From NCBI RefSeq assembly GCF_009914755.1, contig NC_060946.1: a stretch of DNA of 64,000 bases; one strand, written 5' to 3'. Below are positions 1 through 13,330 of this stretch, one piece after another (positions within the stretch are counted from its first letter, which is position 1; every line of letters begins with the position of its first letter). The DNA comes from the human T2T-CHM13v2.0 reference genome, Homo sapiens. The position numbers and the translations under genes were made by a program. The notes beneath the pieces are model-generated. The model had not been told where the DNA came from. It did not search any database and saw nothing but the letters and a program-made list of their open reading frames with translations.

Positions 1-3000
1 ATGGAATGGAATGGAATGGAATGGAATGGAATGGAGTGAAATAAACTCGAGTGGAATGGAATGGAATGGAATAGAATGGAATGGAATGGAAAGGAATGGA
101 AGAGAATGGAATGGAATCAACTCGAGTGGAAAGGAATGGAATGGAAAGGAATGGAATGGAATGGAAAGGAATGGAATGCAATGTAATGCAGTGTTATGGA
201 ATGGAATCAACCCGAGTGGAATGGAATGGAATGGAAAGGAATGGAATGCAATGGAATGCAATGTTAGGGAATGGAATCAACCCGAGTGGAATGGAATGGA
301 ATGGAATGGAATTCAATGGAATGGAATGGAATGGAATGGAATGGAATGGAATGGAATAGAATGGAATCAATTCGAATGCAATGTAATGGTATAGAATGGA
401 ATGGAATGGAATGGAATGGAATCAACCAGAGTGGAATGGAATGGAAAGGAATGGAATGGAATGGAATGGAATGGAATGGAATGTAATGGAATGGAATGTA
501 ACGGCATGGAATGGAATGGAATGGAGTGGAATCAACCCGAGTGGAATGGAGTGGAATGGACTGTAATGGCATGGAATGGAATGGAATGGAGTGGAATAAA
601 CACAAGTGGAATGGAATGGAATGGAATGGACTGGAATCAACCAGAGTGCAATGGAATGGAATAGAATGGAATGGAATGGAATGGAATGAAAAAAACACGA
701 GTGGAATGGAATGGAATGGAATGGAATTCAATGGAATGGAATGGACAGGAATGGAATGGAATGGAATGGAATGGAGTGGAATGGACTAGAATGGAATGGA
801 ATGGAATGAAATCAACCCGATTGGAATGGAATGGAATGCAATGGAATGGAATGGAATCAACTGGAAAGGAATCAAATGGAACGGAATGGAATAGAATGGA
901 ATGGATTGGAATGGAATGGAATGGATTCAACCCGAGTGGAATGGAATGGAATAGAATGGAATAAACACGAGTGGAATGGAATGGAATGGAATGGAATGGA
1001 ATGGAATGGAATGGAATCAACTCGAGTGGAATGAAATGTAATGTAATGGAATGGAATGGAATTGAATGGAATAAACACGAGTGGAATGGAATGGAATGGA
1101 ATGGAATGGAATGGAATGGAATGGAATAGAATGGAGTCAATTCAAGTGCAATGGAATGGTATAAAATGGAATCGAATGGAATGGAATCAACCAGAGTGGA
1201 ATGGAATGGAAAGTTATAGAATGGAATGGAATGGAATGGAACGGAATGGAATGGAATGGAATGGAATGTAACGGCATGGAATGGAATGGAATGGAATGGA
1301 ATGGAATGGAATGGCATGCAATGGAATGGAATGGAGTGGAATAAACACGAGTGGAATGGAATGGAATGGAATGGAATGGAATGGACTGGAATGGAAAGGA
1401 ATGGAAGAGAATGGAATGGAATCAACACGAGTGGAAAGGAATGGAATGGAAAGGAATGGCATGGAATGGAAAGGAATGTAATGCAATGGAATGCAGTGTT
1501 ATGGAATGGAATCAACCCGAGTGGAATGGAATGGAATGGAATGGAATGGAGTGGAATGGAATGGAATGGAATGCAATGGAATGGACAGGAATGGAATGGA
1601 ATGGAATGGAATGGAGTGGAATGGACTAGAATGGAATGGAATGGAATGGAATGAAATTAACCCTATTGGTATGGAATGGAATGCAATGGAATGGAATGGA
1701 ATCAACTGGTAAGGAAACAAATGGAACTGAATGGAATAGAATGGAATGGATTGTAATGGAATGGAATGGAATCAAACCTAGTAGAATGGAATGGAAAGAA
1801 TGGAATGAACAGGAATGGAATGGAATGGAATGGAATTTAATGGAATGGAATGGAATTTAATAGAATGGAATGGAATGGAATGGAATGGAATGGAATGGAA
1901 TCAACCCGAGTGGAGTGGAATGGAATGGAATGGAAATGAATGGAATAGAATGGAATAGAATGGAACGGAAAGGAATGGAATGAACCCGAGTGGAATGGAA
2001 TGGAATGGAATGGAATGGAAAGGCACGGAATGGAATGGAATGGAATGGAATGGAATGGAATGGAATGGAATGGAATCAACCCGAGTGGAATGGAATGGAA
2101 TGGAATCAAACTGAGTGGAATGGAATGGAATGGAATGCAATGGAATGTAATGCAGTGGAAGGCATTAGAATCAACTGGAATGGAATGCAGTGGAATGGAA
2201 TGGAATCAACGCCAGTGGAATGGAATGGAATGGAAGGGATAATAATAAAATGGAATGGAATAAATCCGGCTGGAATGGAATGGAATGGAATGCAATGGAA
2301 TGAAATGGAATCAACTCGAGTGGAATGAAATGTAACGTAATGTAATGGAATGGAATGGAATGGAATGGAATAGAATGGAATCAATTCGAGTGCAATATAA
2401 TGGTATAGAATGGAATGGAATAGAATGGAATGGAATGGAATGGAATCAACCAGAGTGGAATGGAATGGAATGGAATGGAATGGAATGGAATGGAATGGAA
2501 TGGAATGGACTGTAACGGCATGGAATGCAATGGAATGGAGTGGAATCAACCCGAGTGGAATGGAATGGAATGGACTGTAACGGCATGCAACGGAATGGAA
2601 TGGAGTGGAATCAAACCGAGAGGAATGGAATGGAATGGAATGGAATGGAATGGAATAGAATGGAATCAATTCGAATGCAATGTAATGGTATAGAATGGAA
2701 TGGAATGGAATGGAATCAACCAGAGTGGAATGGAATGGAATGGAATGGAATGGAATGGAATGGAATGGAATAGAATGTAATGGAATGGAACGGAATGGAA
2801 CGGAATGGAATGGAATGGAATGGAATGGAATGGAATGGAATGGCATGGAATGGAATGGAATGGAGTGGAATCAACCCGAGTGGAATGGAGTGGAATGGAC
2901 TGTAATGGCATGGAATGGAATGGAATGGAGTGGAATAAACACAAGTGGAATGCAATGGAATGGAATGGACTACAATCAACCAGAGTGCAATGGAATGGAA

Positions 3001-5870
3001 TAGAATGGAATGGAATGGAATGGAATGAAATAAACACGAGTGGAATGGAATGGAATGGAATGGAAGAGAATGGAATGGAATCAACTCGAGTGGAAAGGAA
3101 TGGAATGGAAAGGAATGGAATGGAATGGAAAGGAATGGAATGCAATGGAATGCAGTGTTATGGAATGGAATCAACCCGAGTGGAATGGAATGGAATGGAA
3201 TGGAATGGAATGGAATGGAATGGACAGGAGTGGAATGGAATGTAATTCAATGGAATGGAATGGACAGGAATGGAATGGAATGGAATGGAATGGAATGGAA
3301 TGGAGTGGAATGGACTAGAATGGAATGGAATGGAATGAAATCAACCCGATTGGAATGGAATGGAATGCAATGGAATGGAATGGAATCAACTGGAAAGGAA
3401 TCAAATGGAACGGAATGGAATGGAATGGAATGGAATGGAATGGAATGGAATGGAATGGAATGGAATCAACCCTAGTGGAATGGAATGGAATGAAATCAAA
3501 CTGAGTGGAATGGAAGGGAATGGAATGCAATGGAATGTAATGGAGTGGAAGGCATTTAAATCAACTGGAATGGAATGGAAAGGTATGGAATGGAATGGAA
3601 TCAACCCCAGTGGAATGGAATGGAATGGAATGGATTATAATGGAATGGAATGGAATCAATCTGGGTGGAATGGAATGGAATGGAATGGAATGGAATGGAA
3701 TGGAATGGACTGTAACGGCATGGAATGCAATGGAATGGAGTGGAATCAACCCGAGTGGAATGGAATGGAATGGACTGTAACGGCATGGAACGGAATGGAA
3801 TGGAGTGGAATCAAACCGAGAGGAATGGAATGGAATGGAATGGAATGGAATGGAATGGAATAGAATGGAATCAATTCGAATGCAATGTAATGGTATAGAA
3901 TGGAATGGAATGGAATGGAATCAACCAGAGTGGAATGGAATTGAATGGAATGGAATGGAATAGAATGTAATGGAATGGAACGGAATGGAACGGAATGGAA
4001 TGGAATGGAATGTAATGGAATGGAATGGAATGGCATGGAATGGAATGGAATGGAGTGGAATCAACCCGAGTGGAATGGAGTGGAATGGACTGTAATGGCA
4101 TGGAATGGAATGGAATGGAGTGGAATAAACACAAGTGGAATGGAATGGAATGGAATGGAATGGACTACAATCAACCAGAGTGCAATGGAATGGAATAGAA
4201 TGGAATGGAATGGAATGGAATGAAATAAACACGAGTGGAATGGAATGGAATGGAATGGAAGAGAATGGAATGGAATCAACTCGAGTGGAAAGGAATGGAA
4301 TGGAAAGGAATGGAATGGAATGGAAAGGAATGGAATGCAATGGAATGCAGTGTTATGGAATGGAATCAACCCGAGTGGAATGGAATGGAATGGAATGGAA
4401 TGCAATGGAATGGACAGGAGTGGAATGGAATGGAATTCAATGGAATGGAATGGACAGGAATGGAATGGAATGGAATGGAATGGAATGGAATGGAGTGGAA
4501 TGGACTAGAATGGAATGGAATGGAATGAAATCAACCCGATTGGAATGGAATGGAATGCAATGGAATGGAATGGAATCAACTGGAAAGGAATCAAATGGAA
4601 CGGAATGGAATGGAATGGAATGGAATGGAATGGAATGGAATCAACCCTAGTGGAATGGAATGGAATGAAATCAAACTGAGTGGAATGGAAGGGAATGGAA
4701 TGCAATGGAATGTAATGGAGTGGAAGGCATTTGAATCAACTGGAATGGAATGGAAAGGAATGGAATGGAATGGAATCAACCCCAGTGGAATGGAATGGAA
4801 TGGAATGGATTATAATGGAATGGAATGGAATCAATCTGGGTGGAATGGAATGGAATGGAATGGATTATAATGGAATGGAATGGAATCAATCCGGGTGGAG
4901 TGGAATTGAATGGAATGGAATGGAATGGAATGGAATGGAATGGAATGGATTGGAATTCAATGTAATGGAAACAACCCGAGTGGAATGTAATGGAATGGAA
5001 AGGACTGGAATGTAATGGAATGGATTGGAATCAACCCGATTCCAATGCAAAGGAATGGAATGGAATGGAATGGAATGGAATGGAATGGAAGGGAATGGAA
5101 TGGAATGGAAAGGAATGGAATGAACTGTAATGGAATGGAATGGAATGGAATTTAATGGAATGGAATGGAATCAACCCGAGTGGAGTGGAATGGAATGGAA
5201 TGGAAATGAATGGAATAGAATGGAATGGAATGGAACGGAACGGAATGGAAAGAACCCGAGTGGAATGGATTGTAATGGAAATGAATGGAATAGAAGGGAA
5301 TGGAATGGAATGGAACGGAATGGAACGAACCCGAGTGGAATGGATTGGAATGGAATGGAATGGAAAGGAACGGAATGGAAGGGATTGGAATGGAATCAAC
5401 CCGAGTGGAATGGAATGGAATGGAATGGAATCAAACTGAGTGGAATGGAAGGGAATGGAATGCAATGGAATGTAATGGAGTGGAAGGCATTTGAATCAAC
5501 TGGAATGGAATGGAATGGAATGGAATGGAATCAACCCCAGTGGAATGGATTGGATGGGAATGGATTATAATGGAATGGAATGGAATGAATCCGAGTGGAA
5601 TGGAATGGAATGGAATGGATTATAGTTGAATGGAATGGAATCAATCCTTGTGGAATGGAGTGGAATGGAATGGAATAGAATGGAATGGAATTCAATGTAA
5701 TGGAAACAAACCGAGTGGAATGTAATGGAATGGAAAGGACTGGAATCTAATGGAATGTATTGGAATCAACCTGATTCCAATGCAACGGAATGGAATGGAA
5801 TGGAATGCAATGGAAGGGAATGGAATGGAATGGAAAAGAATGGAATAAACTGGAATTGAATGGAATGGAA
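1..5870 (+). repeat. Segment duplicated at ~26755-32650 (offset ~26.75 kb); partial third copy ~59520-63040
   Basis: Rare variants are shared in the same order: ATGTTAGGGA (261/27013), GAAAAAAACACG (~688/~27445), AAGTTATAGA (1211/27968), CTGGTAAGGAAACAAATGG (~1706/~28468/60111) and TAAATCCGGC (2261/29018/60681, 61436). Confidence 0.85.
3467..4641 (+). repeat. A-type unit (~1175 bp), left copy
   Basis: Lies between CAACCCTAGT at 3467 and 4642 and contains the A markers CAAACCGAGAGG, GGACTACAATCAACCAGAG and GGACAGGAGTGG. Confidence 0.8.
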
Positions 5871-6999
5871 TGGAATGGAACGGAATGGAATGAACCCGAG
5901 TGGAATGGAATGGAATAGAATGGAATGGAAAGGCACGAAATGGAATGGAATGGAATGGAATGGAATGGAATGGAATTGAATTGAATGGAATCAACCCGAG
6001 TGGAATGGAATGTAATGGAATCAAACTGAGTGGAATGGAATGGAATGGAATGGAATGGAATGGAGTGGAAGGCATTAGAATCACCTGGAATGGAATGGAA
6101 TGGAATGGAATGGAATGGATTGGAATGTAATGGACAGGAATGGAATGGAATGGAATGGAATGGAATGGAATGGAACGGAATGGACAGGAATGGAATGGAA
6201 TGGAATGGAATGGGGTGGAATGGACTAGAATGGAATGGACTAGAATGGAATGGAATGGAATGAAAACAACCCGATGGGAATGGAATGGAATGCAATGGAA
6301 TGGAATGGAATCAACTGGAAAGGAATCAAATGGAACGGAATGGAATTGAATGGAATGGATTGGAATGGAATGGAATGGAATCAAACCTAGTAGAATGGAA
6401 TGGAAAGAATGGAATGTACAGGAATGGAATGGAATGGAATGGAATTTAACGGAATGGAATGGAATGGAATGGAATTTAATAGAATGGAATGGAATGGAAT
6501 GGAATGGAATGGAATGGAATGGAATGGAATCAACCCGATTGGAGTCAAATAAAATGGAATGGAAATGAATGGAATAGAATGGAATGGAATGGAACGGAAA
6601 GGAATGGCATGAACCCGAGTGGAATGGAATAGAATGGAATGGAATGGAATGGAATGGAATGGAATGGAATGGAATGGAATGGAATCGAAAGGCATGGAAT
6701 GGAATGGAATCAACCCGAGTGGAATGGAATGGAATGGAATCAAACTGAGTGGAATGGAATGGAATGGAATGCAATGGAATGTAATGGAGTGGAAGGCATT
6801 AGAATCAACTGGAATGGAATGGAGTGGAATGGAATGGAATCAACGCCAGTGGAATGGAATGGAATGGAATGGATAATAATGGAATGGAATGGAATCAATC
6901 CGGGTGGAATGGAATGGAATGGAATGCAATGGAATGGAATGGAATCAACTCGAGTGGAATGAAATGTAACGTAATGGAATGGAATGGAATGGAATGGAA

Positions 7000-9900
7000 T
7001 GGAATAGAATGGAATCAATTAGAGTATAATATAACGGTATAGAATGGAATGGAATGGAATGGAATGGAATCAACTAGAGTGGAAACGAATGGAAAGGAAT
7101 GGAATGGAATGGAATGGAGTGTAATGGAATGGAATGGAATGGAATGGAATGGAATGGAATGGAATGGCATGGAATGGAATGGAATGGAGTGGAATCAACC
7201 AGAGTGGAATGGAGTGCAATGTACTGTAACGGCATGGAATGGAATGTAATGGAGTGGAATAAACACGAGTGGAATGGAATGGAATGGAATGGACTGGAAT
7301 GGAATGGAATGGAATCAACCCGAGTGAAATGGAATGGAATAGAATGGAATGAAATAAACACGAGTGGAAAGGAATGGAATGGAATGGAATGGCAGAGAAT
7401 GGAATGGAATCAACTCGAGTGGAAAGGAATGGAATGGAAAGGAATGGAATGGAATGGAAAGGAATGGAATGCAATGGAATGCAATGTTATGGAATGGAAT
7501 CAACCCGAGTTGAATGGAATGGAATGGAATGGAATGCAATGGAATGGAATGGAATAGAATGGAATCATTTCGAATGCAATGTAATGGTATAGAATGGAAT
7601 GGAATGGAATGGAATCAACCAGAGTGGAATGGAATGGAAAGGAATGGAATGGAATGGAATGGAAAGGAATGGAATGGAATGGAATGGAATGCAATGTAAC
7701 GGCATGGAATGGAATGGAATGGAGTGGAATCAACCCGAGTGGAATGGAGTGGAATGGACTGTAATGGAATGGAATGGAATGGAGTGGAATAAACACAAGT
7801 GGAAAGGAATGGAATGGAATCAAACTGAGTGGAATGGAATGGAATGGAAAGCAATGGAATGTAATGCAGTGGAAGGCATTAGAATCAACTGGAATGGAAT
7901 GGAGTGGAATGGAATGGAATCAACGCCAGTGGAATGGATTGGAATGGAATGGATAATAATGGAATGGAAGGGAATCAATCCGGGTGGAATGGAATGGAAT
8001 GGAATGCAATGGAATGAAATGGAATCAACTCGAGTGGAATGAAATGTAACGTAATGTAATGGAATGGAATGGAATAGAATGGAATCAATTCGAGTGCAAT
8101 ATAATGGTATAGAATAGAATGGAATGGAATGGAATGGAATGGAATCAACCAGAGTGGAATGGAATGGAAAGGAATGGAATGGAATGGAATGGAATGGAAT
8201 GGAATGGAACGGCATGGAATGGAATGGAATGGAGTGGAATCAACCCGAGTGGAATGGAGTGGAATGGACTGTAATGGCATAGAATGGAATGGAATGGAAT
8301 GGAGTGGAATAAACACAAGTGGAATGGAATGGAATGGAATGGACTGGAATCAACCAGAGTGCAATGGAATGAAATAGAATGGAATGGAATGGAATGGAAT
8401 GAAATAAACACGAGCGGAATGGAATGGAATGGAATGGAATGGAAAGGAATGGAATGCAATGGAATCAACCCGAGTGGAATGGAATTAAATGGAATGGAAT
8501 GGAATGCAAAGGAATGGAAAGGAATGGAATGTAATGGAATTCAATGGAATGGAATGTACAGGAATGGAATGGAATGTAATGGAATGGAATGCAATGGAGT
8601 GGAATGGACTAGAATGGAATGGAATGGAATGAAATCAACCCGATTGGAATGGATTGGAATGCAATGGAATGGAATGGAATCAACTGGAAAGGAATGAAAT
8701 GGAACGGAATGGAATAGAATGGAATGGATTGGAATGGAATGGAATGGATTCAACCCGAGTGGAATGGAATGGAATAGAATGGAATAAACACGAGTGGGAT
8801 GGAATGGAATGGAATGGAATGGAATGGAATGGAATGGAATGGAATCAACTCGAGTGGAATGAAATGTAATGTAATGGAATGGAATGGAATTGAATGGAAT
8901 AAACACGAGTGGAATGGAATGGAATGGAATGGAATGGAATAGAATAGAGTCAATTCAAGTGCAATGGAATGGTATACAATGGAATCGAATGGAATGGAAT
9001 CAACCAGAGTGGAATGGAATGGAAAGGAATGGAATGGAATGGAATGGAATGGAATGGAATGGAATGGAATGGAATGGAATGTAACGGCATGCAATGGAAT
9101 GGAATGGAGTGGATTCAACCCGAGTGGAATGGAGTGGATTGGACTGTAACGGCATGGAATGGAATGGAATGGAGTGGAATAAACACGAGTGGAATGGAAT
9201 GGAATGGAATGGACTGGAATCAACCCGAGTGCAATGGAATGGAATACAATGGAATGGAATGGAATGGAATGAAATAAACACGAGTGGAATGGAATGGAAT
9301 GGAATGGAATGGAATGGAAAGGAATGGAAGAGAATGGAATGGAATCAACTCGAGTGGAAAGGAATGGAATGGAAAGGAATGGAATGGAATGGAATGGAAA
9401 GGAATGTAATGCAATGGAATGCAGTGTTATGGAATGGTATCAACCCGAGTGGAATGGAATGGAATGGAATGGAATGGAATGGAATGGAATGGAATGGAAT
9501 GCAATGGAATGGACAGGAATGGAATGGAATGGAATGGAATGGAATGGAATGGACAGAATGGAATGGAATGGAATGGAATGGAATGGAATGGAGTGGAATG
9601 GACTAGAATGGAATGGAATGGAATGAAATCAACCCGATTGGAATGGAACGGAATGCAATGGAATGGAATGGAATCAACTGGTAAGGAATCAAATGGAACG
9701 GAATGGAATAGAATGGAATGGATTCGAATGGAATGGAATGGAATCAAACCTAGTAGAATGGAATGGAAAGAATGGAGTGAACAGGAATGGAATGGAATGG
9801 AATGGAATTTAATGGAATGGAATGGAATTTAATAGAATGGAATGGAATGGAATGGAATGGAATGGAATGGAATGGAATGGAATGCAATGGAATCAACCTG

Positions 9901-12900
9901 AGTGGAGTGGAATGGAATGGAATGGAAATGAATGGAATAGAATAGAATGCAATGGAATGGAAAGGAATGGAATGAACCCGAGTGGAATGGAATGGAATGG
10001 AATGGAATGGAACGGCACGGAACGGAATGGAATGGAATGGAATGGAATGGAATGGAATGGAATCAACCCGAGTGGAATGGAATGGAATGGAATCAAACTG
10101 AGTGGAATGGAATGGAATGGAAAGCAATGGAATGTAATGCAGTGGAAGGCATTAGAATCAACTGGAATGGAATGGAGTGGAATGGAATGGAATCAACGCC
10201 AGTGGAATGGAATGGAATGGAATGGATAATAATGGAATGGAATGGAATCAATCCGGGTGGAATGGAATGGAATGGAATGCAATGGAATGGAATGGAATCA
10301 ACTCGAGTGGAATGAAATGTAACAAAATGTAATGGAATGGAATGGAATGGAACGGAATAGAATGGAATCAATTCGAGTGTAATATAACGGTATAGAATGG
10401 AATGGAATGCAATGGAATGGAATCAACTAGAGTGGAAACGAAAGGAAAGAATGGAATGGAATGGAATGGAGTGGAATGGAATGGAATGGAATGGAATGGA
10501 ATGGAATGGAATGGCATGGAATGGAATGGAATGGAGTGGAATCAACCAGAGTGGAATGGAGTGCAATGGACTGTAACGGCATGGAATGGAATGGAATGGA
10601 GTGGAATAAATACGAGTGGAATGGAATGGAATGGAATGGACTGGAATGGAATGGAATGGAATCAACCCGAGTGAAATGGAATGGAATAGAATGGAATGAA
10701 ATAAACACGAGTGGAAAGAAATGGAATGGAATGGAATGTAAGATAATGGAATGGAATCAACTCGAGTGGAAAGGAATGGAATGGAAAGGAATGGAATGGA
10801 ATGGAAAGGAATGGAATGCAATGGAATGCAATGTTATGGAATGGAATCAACCCGAGTTGAATGGAATGGAATGGAATGGAATGCAATGGAATGGAATGGA
10901 ATCAACTCGAGTGGAATGAAATGTAATGGAATGGAATGGAATGGAATGGAATGGAATGGAATGGAATAGAATGGAATCATTTCGAATGCAATGTAATGGT
11001 ATAGAATGGAATGGAATGGAATGGAATGGAATCAACCAGAGTGGAATGGAATGGAAAGGAATGGAATGGAATGGAATGGAATGGAATGCAATGTAACGGC
11101 ATAGAATGGAATGGAATGGAGTGGAATCAACCCGAGTGGAATGGAGTGGAATGGACTGTAATGGAATGGAATGGAATGGAGTGGAATAAACACAAGTGGA
11201 AAGGAATAGAATGGAATCAAACTGAGTGGAATGGAATGGAATGGAAAGCAATGGAATGTAATGCAGTGGAAGGCATTAGAATCAACTGGAATGGAATGGA
11301 GCGGAATGGAATGGAATCAACGCCAGTGGAATGGATTGGTATGGAATGGATAATAATGGAATGGAAGGGAATCAATCCGGGTGGAATGGAATGGAATGGA
11401 TTGCAATGGAATGAAATGGAATCAACTCGAGTGGAATGAAATGTAACGTAATGGAATGGAATGGAATGGAATGGAATAGAATGGAATCAATTCGAGTGCA
11501 ATATAATGGTATAGAATGGAATGGAATGGAATGGAAAGGAATGGAATCAACCAGAGTGGAATGGAATGGAAAGGAATGGAATGGAATGGAATGGAATGGA
11601 ATGGAATGGAATGGAATGGAATGGAACGGCATGGAATGGAATGGAATGCAGTGGAATAAACCCGAGTGGAATGGAGTGGAATGAACTGTAATGGCATGGA
11701 ATGGAATGGAATGGAATGGAGTGGAATAAACACAAGTGGAATGGAATGGAGTGGAATGGACTGGAATCAACCAGAGTGCAATGGAATGGAATAGAATGGA
11801 ATGGAATGGAATGGAATGAAATAAACACGAGCGGAATGGAATGGAATGGAATGGAATGGAATGGAATGGAATGGAAAGGAATGGAATGCAATGGAATCAA
11901 CCCGAGTGGAATGGAATGGAATGGAATGGAATGGAATGCAATGGAATGGAAAGGAATGGAATGTAATGGAATTCTATGGAATGGAATGTACAGGAAGGGA
12001 ATGGAATGTAATGGAATGGAATGCAATGGAGTGGAATGGACTAGAATGGAATGGAATGGAATGAAATCAACCCGATTGGAATGGATTGGAATGCAATGGA
12101 ATGGAATGGAATCAACTGGAAAGGAATGAAATGGAACGGAATGGAATAGAATGGAATGGATTGGAATGGAATGGAATGGATTCAACCCGAGTGGAATGGA
12201 ATGGAATAGAACGGAATAAACACGAGTGGGATGGAATGGAATGGAATGGAATGGAATGGAATCAACTCGAGTGGAATGAAATGTAATGTAATGGAATGGA
12301 ATGGAATTGAATGGAATAAACACGAGTGGAGTGGAATGGAATGGAATGGAATGGAATGGAATAGAATAGAGTCAATTCAAGTGCAATGGAATGGTATACA
12401 ATGGAATCGAATGGAATGGAATCAACCAGAGTGGAATGGAATGGAAAGGAATGGAATGGAATGGAATGGAATGGAATGGAATGGAATGGAATGGAATGTA
12501 ACGGCATGCAATGGAATGGAATGGAGTGGATTCAACCCGAGTGGAATGGAGTGGATTGGACTGTAACGGCATGGAATGGAATGGAATGGAGTGGAATAAA
12601 CACGAGTGGAATGGAATGGAATGGAATGGACTGGAATCAACCCGAGTGCAATGGAATGGAATACAATGGAATGGAATGGAATGGAATGAAATAAACACGA
12701 GTGGAATGGAATGGAATGGAATGGAATGGAATGGAATGGAAAGGAATGGAAGAGAATGGAATGGAATCAACTCGAGTGGAAAGGAATGGAATGGAAAGGA
12801 ATGGAATGGAATGGAAAGGAATGTAATGCAATGGAATGCAGTGTTATGGAATGGAATCAACCCGAGTGGAATGGAATGGAATGGAATGGAATGGAATGGA

Positions 12901-13330
12901 ATGGAATGGAATGGAATGCAATGGAATGGACAGGAATGGAATGGAATGGAATGGAATGGCACGGAACGGAATGGAATGGAATGGAATGGAATGGAATGGA
13001 ATGGAATCAACCCGAGTGGAATGGAATGGAATGGAATCAAACTGAGTGGAATGGAATGGAATGGAAAGCAATGGAATGTAATGCAGTGGAAGGCATTAGA
13101 ATCAACTGGAATGGAATGGAGTGGAATGGAATGGAACCAACGCCAGTGGAATGGAATGGAATGGAATGGATAATAATGGAATGGAAGGGAATCAATCCGG
13201 GTGGAATGGAATGGAATGGAATGCAATGGAATGAAATGGAATCAACTCGAGTGGAATGAAATGTAACGTAATGTAATTAATGGAATGGAATGGAATGGAA
13301 TGGAATAGAATGGAGTCAATTCTTGTGCAA
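7000..13330 (+). repeat. ~3.4 kb tandem duplication (~7.0-10.4 kb and ~10.4-13.3 kb); second copy has an internal ~470 bp deletion
   Basis: Paired markers CCCGAGTTGA (7504/10851), ATCATTTCGAATGC (~7564/~10976), CACGAGCGGA (8409/11826), CGAGTGGGAT (8791/12223) and ATAGAGTCAATTC (~8944/~12366). Confidence 0.8.

Noticed and set aside
7000-13330. Identification of the ~3.4 kb period with the Y-chromosome DYZ1 unit
   Set aside because: Only the length is similar. There are just two imperfect copies rather than a long regular array, and no alignment was possible.
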